From positions 1 through 59,256 of the IMG/VR virus record IMGVR_UViG_3300028025_001698: DNA of 59,256 nucleotides, one strand, 5' to 3'. This document shows, piece by piece, positions 52,935-59,256 of the stretch (positions within the stretch are counted from its first letter, which is position 1; each line of letters opens with the position of its first letter). The notes beneath the pieces were generated by a model, which saw only the letters and a list, made by a program, of their open reading frames with translations, had not been told where the DNA came from and did no database searches. The stretch is from a virus (taxonomy: Duplodnaviria > Caudoviricetes). Both the position numbers and the translations under genes were made by a program.

Positions 52935-54774
52935 ATTAAGGCTATGTGTAGACATCGAGACCAATGGTTTCATTCCAGATGTAAATAAGATCTGGTGTCT
53001 TGTTGCTGTTGATTCAGACAACGGAAATGTCTACTCATTCTCAGACTATGACGATGAGCTACCAAGCTTATCTGAAGGTCTTGACTTCATATCCAAGGCT
53101 GATATCGTCTTTGGTCATAACATTATTGGCTATGACCTTGTAGTACTAGACTATATCCTTGGATTCAAACTACCTGAGACAGTTAAGGTAGTAGACACAT
53201 GGGTCTTATCCCAACTAAACCAGTATAAGCGTGAGCATAAGCATGGTCTAGAGGGATGGGGTGCTAAACTAAACTATCCTAAGCTTGAGTTTACTGAGTT
53301 CGATAAGTACAGTAAAGAAATGCTTACATACTGTATTCGAGATGTTGAACTCAACGTTAAGGTATACAAAGTATTAGCTGAAGAAGCTACTAACTTGATT
53401 CGTAAATACCCATTGTACAGGAAAGGTATCGAGATTGAAACAGAGTTTGCCAAGATCGAAGCAGACATCAGGTCTAAGGGCTGGATGTTTGATATGGCTA
53501 AAGCTCAGACCCTCTTAACAGAGATCAACAACAAGTTAGATGCTATTGAGATGGTACTTGAACCTAAGATTGGAATGAGGTGTATCAAGACAGATGGAAA
53601 AGACGAATTCAAAGAACCCGCATGGCGAAAAGACGGGTGCTATACAGTCGCCACTGTTAAACACTTTAATCTACCGCAAGAGTCGGGAAGAACTGAAAGA
53701 CCTATTGAAGGAGCCTACTGTAGAATCTCCTTTGAACAAGGTAAAGTCGGATCAATCGAAGTAGTTAAAGACTGGTTGTACTCTATTGGATGGGTACCTG
53801 ACGAATGGAACGTGGAGAAAATCAATGGTAAGTTTGTTAACAAGTCACCTAAGATTACCGAATCTTCTCTTGAGAAGCTTGGTCCTGATGCTATGCTTGT
53901 CAGTGAATACTATACTATTAGGAGCCGTAAAGGTATTCTTGAGGGTTGGATCAATGAAGTTAAAAACAGTAAAGACAATCGTTTACATGGTCGCATGTGG
54001 ACTATTGGTACACCTACTTTTAGGTGTCGCCATGAAGTCGTTGCTAATCTCCCTTCTGTTGACTCTGTATATGGGAAAGAGATGCGAGGACTTCTTATAT
54101 CCGAAACAGGAACAACCATTGTCGGTGCTGACTCGGCTGGAAATCAGATGCGTGGTCTTTGCCATTACATACGTAACGATGAATTCACTAATGAGGTAAT
54201 CAATGGAGATGTTCACCAACGAAATGCAGATGCTCTTGGAACTAGCCGCAAGCTTGCTAAGCCTTTTCTTTATGCTTTCCTGTTCGGGGGTGGTGATGGT
54301 AAGCTTGGTCTCATACTTACGGGTAAGACGGATGCGAAGACGGGTAGAACTGCTAAAGAAAAGTTTGAGAACTCAATCCCAGGATTAAAGGAACTCAAAG
54401 ATAACCTGTCAAGTCTATTTGATAAGACAGCTAATACATTCGGTAAAGATAAAGCCTTCATCAGAGGTATCGATGGTCGTATGGTATTTGTAAGCTCTCA
54501 GCACCAAGTACTTAACTACCTATTACAGACTGCTGAAGGTGTCAGCTGCAAAGCGGCAGCAGTATATCTAAGAGACAAACTAAAAGAACGTAACATCCCA
54601 CACTACTTTGTTCTACATTATCATGATGAAGTTGCTGTTGTAACTAAAGATGAGTATGCAGAAGAAGTAGCAGAACTATCTATCGAAGCATTCACTGAAG
54701 CACCTAAGTGGTTTGGTATCGAGTGCATGGGTGGTGATGCACATACAGGTAAAACATATGCAGAGGTACACTGA
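52927..54774 (+). CDS. Family A DNA polymerase with 3'-5' exonuclease (T7-like)
   Basis: DIETNG, GHNIIGYD and YC.RDV exonuclease motifs; DSAGNQMR (A), RKLAKPFLYAFLFG (B), YHDE (C). Confidence 0.95.
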   Translation: MSKLRLCVDIETNGFIPDVNKIWCLVAVDSDNGNVYSFSDYDDELPSLSEGLDFISKADIVFGHNIIGYDLVVLDYILGFKLPETVKVVDTWVLSQLNQYKREHKHGLEGWGAKLNYPKLEFTEFDKYSKEMLTYCIRDVELNVKVYKVLAEEATNLIRKYPLYRKGIEIETEFAKIEADIRSKGWMFDMAKAQTLLTEINNKLDAIEMVLEPKIGMRCIKTDGKDEFKEPAWRKDGCYTVATVKHFNLPQESGRTERPIEGAYCRISFEQGKVGSIEVVKDWLYSIGWVPDEWNVEKINGKFVNKSPKITESSLEKLGPDAMLVSEYYTIRSRKGILEGWINEVKNSKDNRLHGRMWTIGTPTFRCRHEVVANLPSVDSVYGKEMRGLLISETGTTIVGADSAGNQMRGLCHYIRNDEFTNEVINGDVHQRNADALGTSRKLAKPFLYAFLFGGGDGKLGLILTGKTDAKTGRTAKEKFENSIPGLKELKDNLSSLFDKTANTFGKDKAFIRGIDGRMVFVSSQHQVLNYLLQTAEGVSCKAAAVYLRDKLKERNIPHYFVLHYHDEVAVVTKDEYAEEVAELSIEAFTEAPKWFGIECMGGDAHTGKTYAEVH

Positions 54775-55622
54775 TGATTGAATCAGATGATCAATTCGAC
54801 ATTGCAATTATAGATGCAGATAGTATTCTGTATCAGATTGCTTACATGCAACCATCTCCAGCGTTATGCCGTAAAGCTCTTGACGATAAGTTAAAAGAGA
54901 TTATGACTAACACTGGAGCTATTGCTGGTGCTGTATTTATTAAAGGTAAAGACAACTTTAGGTATCAGGTAGATGCCGCCTATAAAGGTAATAGGAAAGA
55001 CAATATAGAACCTGAGGTTAAGGATCGTATTGAAGACCTATACGAGTACTGTAAAGAGTTTAGTATACAGTCAGATGGTGGTGAAGCAGATGATTACTGT
55101 GGTATTGCCGCTGACTTAGCAATAGGTGACAACAAACGTTATATTGTATGCCATATAGATAAAGACCTTGACTGTATTCCTGGGTGGCACTATAACTTCC
55201 GCAAGGATACGTTATACTATGTTGAACCAGAAGACGGATATAGGTTTCTTATGATGCAGATCTTAACAGGAGATGCAACAGATAATATCCAAGGCTTAAG
55301 AGGTGTTGGACCAAAGACAGCTGAAAAGCTTATCAATGGTGTACCTAATACCCACTTGTGGTCAAGGGTTATTGACATCTGGAAAGAAAAATGTGGTGAT
55401 AATTGGGAACCTTTCTTCTTGAAATGTGCTAACTGCATATACATCAGAGAGAGTGATGAAGACCTTAAGCCACTATCATTTGAAGAACTAAAGGAAAGAT
55501 TATCATGGAAGATTACGGACACTGGATTGCCCTCACAGAGCGACCAGCCAACGCCTTCGGATTCATCTATGCAGTCTTTGGACCAACTGGAAGACAATAC
55601 ATCGGAAGAAAGCAACTCATAA
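54774..55622 (+). CDS. 5'-3' exonuclease (T7 gp6-like)
   Basis: DADS, NFRY...YKGNR, EADD, DKDL, GDATDNIQGLRGVGPKTA. Confidence 0.92.
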   Translation: MIESDDQFDIAIIDADSILYQIAYMQPSPALCRKALDDKLKEIMTNTGAIAGAVFIKGKDNFRYQVDAAYKGNRKDNIEPEVKDRIEDLYEYCKEFSIQSDGGEADDYCGIAADLAIGDNKRYIVCHIDKDLDCIPGWHYNFRKDTLYYVEPEDGYRFLMMQILTGDATDNIQGLRGVGPKTAEKLINGVPNTHLWSRVIDIWKEKCGDNWEPFFLKCANCIYIRESDEDLKPLSFEELKERLSWKITDTGLPSQSDQPTPSDSSMQSLDQLEDNTSEESNS

Positions 55623-55921
55623 GTGAAACATCTAGACTACCAGCAGGAGCTAAGCGCAGAATTAAGACTCGAAGAGAGTCTGATTGGCGAACTTACACAT
55701 CCTCATGCAGAGAATTACTTGATGATATTGAGCTATACGGACTTGAAGTTTTTACTTTTGTTATCTATGACTGGGTATACGGAAGAGGAATGCTTACATA
55801 TCGGGAAGTGCAGGAGCAATGGCAATGTGAAGTCCTTTCAAGAGATGAAACAGCTGATGGAGAACGTCTCTGGTACAATGGAAACATCGGTGCAGTAAAG
55901 TTTTTAAAACCTAAATCATGA
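55505..55921 (+). CDS. Seg-like GIY-YIG endonuclease
   Basis: FGFIY...GRQYIGRK...ESDWRTYTSS...YNGNI. Confidence 0.8.
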   Translation: MEDYGHWIALTERPANAFGFIYAVFGPTGRQYIGRKQLISETSRLPAGAKRRIKTRRESDWRTYTSSCRELLDDIELYGLEVFTFVIYDWVYGRGMLTYREVQEQWQCEVLSRDETADGERLWYNGNIGAVKFLKPKS

Positions 55922-56076
55922 AGAAGAATAAACCTATTAAACCACTTGAGAAAGAAATCCCTTCACTGAAAGATGATTTCAAGAATCAATTCAAACGTAA
56001 GAAAGAAACCCAACAAGAAGCTAAAGATCGAAGAGAACGTATTAGAGAGTACAAAGACAACAGAGACTGGAACTAA
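55918..56076 (+). CDS. Small charged protein, 52 aa (not in ORF track)
   Basis: MKKNKPIKPLE...; ATGA overlap; stops 3 nt before the primase. Confidence 0.55.
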   Translation: MKKNKPIKPLEKEIPSLKDDFKNQFKRKKETQQEAKDRRERIREYKDNRDWN

Positions 56077-56079
56077 TAT

Positions 56080-57684
56080 ATGTCAAGGTGGATTCATACC
56101 GCTTGCCCTAAGTGCAGCTCATCAGATGCCTTTTCTTATAAAGAAGATGATGAGTTTGGATACTGCTTTTCATGCTGTAAATCAGCACCAACAGACCCTA
56201 ACTTTAAACCAACAGTTTATCACAAAGAAAACTACGATATGCACACAATAGAGGAGATCAAAGAGTATGACACAAGAGGCTTCCAAGAAAGAGGTATCAC
56301 CAAACCCGTATCAGCTCACTACGGTGTTAAGGTTTCGTATGCTGAGGATGGTACTATCAGTAGCCATTTTTATCCATATACTAAAGACAATAGTGTTGTT
56401 GCCTATAAAGAGCGTAAACTACCTAAGACCTTTATTATTCACGGTGAGTTTAAAGGTGTACAGTTATTCGGTCAGAATGTTTCAACGGGTGGTAAGCGCA
56501 TTATCATCACGGAAGGAGAGCTAGACGCATTAGCTGTAGCTCAGGCTCAACATGATAAATATGGTAGGTTCTACCCAGTAGTAGCCTTACCATCAGCGTC
56601 TGCTACATCAATGATCCTTGAACAACGTGAATGGTTACGTAACTTCGATGAAGTCGTATTGATGTTCGATCAAGATGATGCAGGAAAGAAAGCTACAGAT
56701 CAAGCCGCTAAGATCATTGGCTATGATAAGGTTAAGGTAGCATCACTACCTGAGAAAGACCCTTGTGATGTACTTATTAAGCATGGTTCAGCTATGCTAA
56801 TGAACTGTATCTTTGATGCACGTACATTCAGTCCAGCAGGTGTTGTTAAAGGTGAGGCTATCTGGGAACAATTCATGCGTAAGAAAGAAACTAATTCTTT
56901 GCCTTACCCTGAATGCTTGAAGACCCTAAACGACAAACTGCATGGTCTTCGCTTAGGTGAGATTGTGTTGTTCACATCAGGCACAGGCTCAGGTAAGAGT
57001 ACAGTCATTAAAGAGATTGTACTTGAAATCCTAGCTAAGACAACTGATATGATCGGTATGGTGTCACTCGAAGAATCCATTGGTGACTCTGCTGAGAAGT
57101 TTATTGGTATGCAGTTACGTAAGAACCTTACTACAAACAAAGTAACTGAGGAAGAAATGTATGCAGCTCACCAACAAGTCTTTGGTGATGAACGCTTGGT
57201 ACTGCTTGATCACCAAGGTTCTGTAGGTGATGAGTCACTTATAGATAAGCTTGAACACTTAGCCTTGATGGGTTGTAAGTATATCATCCTTGACCACATC
57301 ACTATTGCTGTGTCTGAAGGTGCTAAGGGTCGTACAGGTAATGAGGCAGTTGACTCAGTTATGAGTGATCTACTTAAGATCTGTAAGAAACATAACGTCT
57401 GGCTAGGCGTTGTGTCTCACCTACGTAAAGGTGAAAAGCCTTTTGAAGAGGGTCACTTGCCAACCATTGATGATATCAAAGGCTCAGGCTCTATTAAACA
57501 AATCTCATTTGACATCATTGCTTTCTCACGCAACATGATTGCTGAGACAGAACAGATGCGTAACACAATTAAGCTTCGTGTATTGAAGTCTCGATTCACG
57601 GGTATGACAGGTGACTGCGGTAATACTAGGTATGACGCTGACACTGGTCGCTTAATGCAAACAACTTTTGTTGACTTTGAATAA
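56080..57684 (+). CDS. Primase-helicase (T7 gp4-like)
   Basis: CPKC...CFSC zinc finger, ITEGELDA and FDQDDAG TOPRIM motifs, SGTGSGKS Walker A, LDH, VSHL, GSGSIKQ, KSRFTG. Confidence 0.95.
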   Translation: MSRWIHTACPKCSSSDAFSYKEDDEFGYCFSCCKSAPTDPNFKPTVYHKENYDMHTIEEIKEYDTRGFQERGITKPVSAHYGVKVSYAEDGTISSHFYPYTKDNSVVAYKERKLPKTFIIHGEFKGVQLFGQNVSTGGKRIIITEGELDALAVAQAQHDKYGRFYPVVALPSASATSMILEQREWLRNFDEVVLMFDQDDAGKKATDQAAKIIGYDKVKVASLPEKDPCDVLIKHGSAMLMNCIFDARTFSPAGVVKGEAIWEQFMRKKETNSLPYPECLKTLNDKLHGLRLGEIVLFTSGTGSGKSTVIKEIVLEILAKTTDMIGMVSLEESIGDSAEKFIGMQLRKNLTTNKVTEEEMYAAHQQVFGDERLVLLDHQGSVGDESLIDKLEHLALMGCKYIILDHITIAVSEGAKGRTGNEAVDSVMSDLLKICKKHNVWLGVVSHLRKGEKPFEEGHLPTIDDIKGSGSIKQISFDIIAFSRNMIAETEQMRNTIKLRVLKSRFTGMTGDCGNTRYDADTGRLMQTTFVDFE

Positions 57685-59256
57685 ATGAATCCATTAAATT
57701 ATCTTACTGAACGTGTATCGAAGGTTGTCCCCAACTCAGATAAGATCTACAATGAGGGTGCTCGCCTTCTAGCACACTACCCAACATGGGAATATGAACT
57801 TGAAAGATTTATCAACGAGTCTTGGGATACCCTCCTTAGATACTGCATTCGTAACAAGAACGCAACGCATAGCGCCTCTGTTAAACTCACCTTTGCTTCT
57901 GACCTTATCGGAAAAAGAATTGCAAGAGCTATTGGAGCTGACGAACTTGATATCAAGTCAACTCTATCGCTTGGAGATCTTCTTCTCGAAACGTTCCTTC
58001 AAGATGGACTGATTGACATCTTCAGGGAATATGCAGGATACAAAGCTCCCTACATGGTACGCATTGTTAACCAAGCAGATGATATTAAGCCAACATTAAT
58101 TGGTACATCATTCGAACCTTTGTTACCTATCATGGGTCTATATAGCCCATTAACTAAAGAACCCTTTATTAAGGGCTGGACTAACTCTAAGCTTTTCCAT
58201 GATAACCTTAATAAAACCTTTGTAAGATCCCTTGAGACCCTTCGTCAGCAGTCTTGGAAGCTTAACATACCAGTGTTAAATGCTATGCAAGCACAGACTC
58301 CTAAGGAAATCCTTGAGTTGATCGATGAAGATGGTGTTGTAAGAGAATACAATATACACCATGAAAACCTAGAGTTACCTAAGAAACTATCTCATACAGA
58401 TGGTACTAAGTTCCTTGGTAAGAAGGATCCTAAGCTACAACGTATGATGAGTAAATACTTTGAGTACATGCAAGTGCTTAAGAAAGCTGAGATGATCGGT
58501 GAAAGAACTTTCTTTCAGGAAGTCTCTTGTGACTACCGAGGTAGAGTATATTATGCAGAATCATTCTTAGAGTTTCAAGGTAGTGATCTAGCTCGTAGCT
58601 TGTTTATGTTTGCCAACAAAAAGAAAGTTACTGAGAGAGGTTTATTCTGGATCAAAGTGCATACAGCAGCTTGCTTTAATAAATCATTTATCATCAGTGA
58701 TATACCTAAGTACTTTAAGACAGACTATAAAGCCTATCTTGAGGGCGAAGGTCTTGATACTATATCAGTAGACAAGATGACTCTTGAAGATAGAGTTGCA
58801 TGGGTAGATAATAACATTGAGTTTATCTATGATGTAGCTCGTACTAAGACTATTCATCCTGATGCTGAAAAGTCTTATAGCTTTTTAGCTTGTTGTAATG
58901 AATTACTAGGATACAAGAGAGCTAAGATGGAAGGCAAGGAGTTCATGTCTGGACTACCTATACCTATTGATGGTAGTAATAACGGATGGCAACACTTAGC
59001 GGCTATGTCTAAAGACAAACAAGCTGGTACGCTGGTGTCACTTGTTCCTACACCTATCCAGAAAGACTTCTACGTAGCTGTCGCTAAAGAACTTATTGGT
59101 ATTATGCCTGAGTACTTTGAGATTAAAGGTATGCCTATGAAACATATCAGAAAAGGTATAGCTAAACGAGGCTCAATGACTCGTGCATACAGTGCAGGTA
59201 AAATGCGTATAGCAAAAAACATGTACGAAGACTGTCACGTAGAAGGTTATACTGTT
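57685..59256 (+). CDS. T7-family single-subunit RNA polymerase, N-terminal 524 aa (3'-partial; not in ORF track)
   Basis: Open frame from ATG 57685 to the window end with CDYRGRVY...FQG.DL, PIDGSNNGWQH (motif A) and RKGIAKRGSMTRAYS (motif B). Confidence 0.93.
   Translation, partial: MNPLNYLTERVSKVVPNSDKIYNEGARLLAHYPTWEYELERFINESWDTLLRYCIRNKNATHSASVKLTFASDLIGKRIARAIGADELDIKSTLSLGDLLLETFLQDGLIDIFREYAGYKAPYMVRIVNQADDIKPTLIGTSFEPLLPIMGLYSPLTKEPFIKGWTNSKLFHDNLNKTFVRSLETLRQQSWKLNIPVLNAMQAQTPKEILELIDEDGVVREYNIHHENLELPKKLSHTDGTKFLGKKDPKLQRMMSKYFEYMQVLKKAEMIGERTFFQEVSCDYRGRVYYAESFLEFQGSDLARSLFMFANKKKVTERGLFWIKVHTAACFNKSFIISDIPKYFKTDYKAYLEGEGLDTISVDKMTLEDRVAWVDNNIEFIYDVARTKTIHPDAEKSYSFLACCNELLGYKRAKMEGKEFMSGLPIPIDGSNNGWQHLAAMSKDKQAGTLVSLVPTPIQKDFYVAVAKELIGIMPEYFEIKGMPMKHIRKGIAKRGSMTRAYSAGKMRIAKNMYEDCHVEGYTV

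Noticed and set aside
48776-54774. 2-aminoadenine (Z) genome pathway suggested by MazG and the odd PolA
   Set aside because: No PurZ or HD-domain dATPase gene was recognised in the window.
55339-55353. GTACCTAATAC inside the exonuclease gene as a promoter copy
   Set aside because: Lacks the AGTCGG half and the final G, and lies mid-gene.
541-58012. Many antisense or nested ORFs in the track (e.g. 6679-7038, 13638-14030, 26192-26641, 36042-36440, 53786-54199, 55217-55615)
   Set aside because: Shadows of long genes with biased codon use; no RBS or recognisable motifs.
1-59256. Prophage status or stop-codon reassignment
   Set aside because: No integrase, repressor or host flanks were seen, and genes read full length in the standard code.

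Overview
Nearly complete, circularly permuted genome of a lytic, AT-rich podovirus-like phage. The window starts and ends inside one T7-family RNA polymerase gene, with roughly 0.4 kb missing between the ends. No integrase, repressor, CRISPR array or reverse transcriptase was seen. There are two opposed arms. The + arm (42.3 kb to the end, continuing 1-5.0 kb) holds small early genes, SSB, nucleotide-metabolism enzymes, family A DNA polymerase, exonuclease, primase-helicase, RNA polymerase, class II ribonucleotide reductase, thioredoxin, two tRNA-type genes and a Dps ferritin. The - arm (41.7 to 5.07 kb) holds terminase, portal, scaffold, capsid, tail fibres, lysis, nozzle and ejection proteins. 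The arms meet at a bidirectional terminator near 5.04 kb. Main finding: the last gene of the ejection module (5070-8570, 1166 aa) carries all motifs of a single-subunit RNA polymerase in order, including a C-terminal YFFx foot. The phage therefore appears to encode a compact virion RNA polymerase plus a separate unsplit T7-like RNAP. The adjacent 1269-aa ejection protein starts with a staphylococcal-nuclease-like domain. A 16-bp promoter (AGTCGGTACCTAATAG) recurs 8 times. The early region lacks it and shows other motifs, hairpins and a strongly A-depleted tract. All calls come from reading motifs by eye; no database searches were run.
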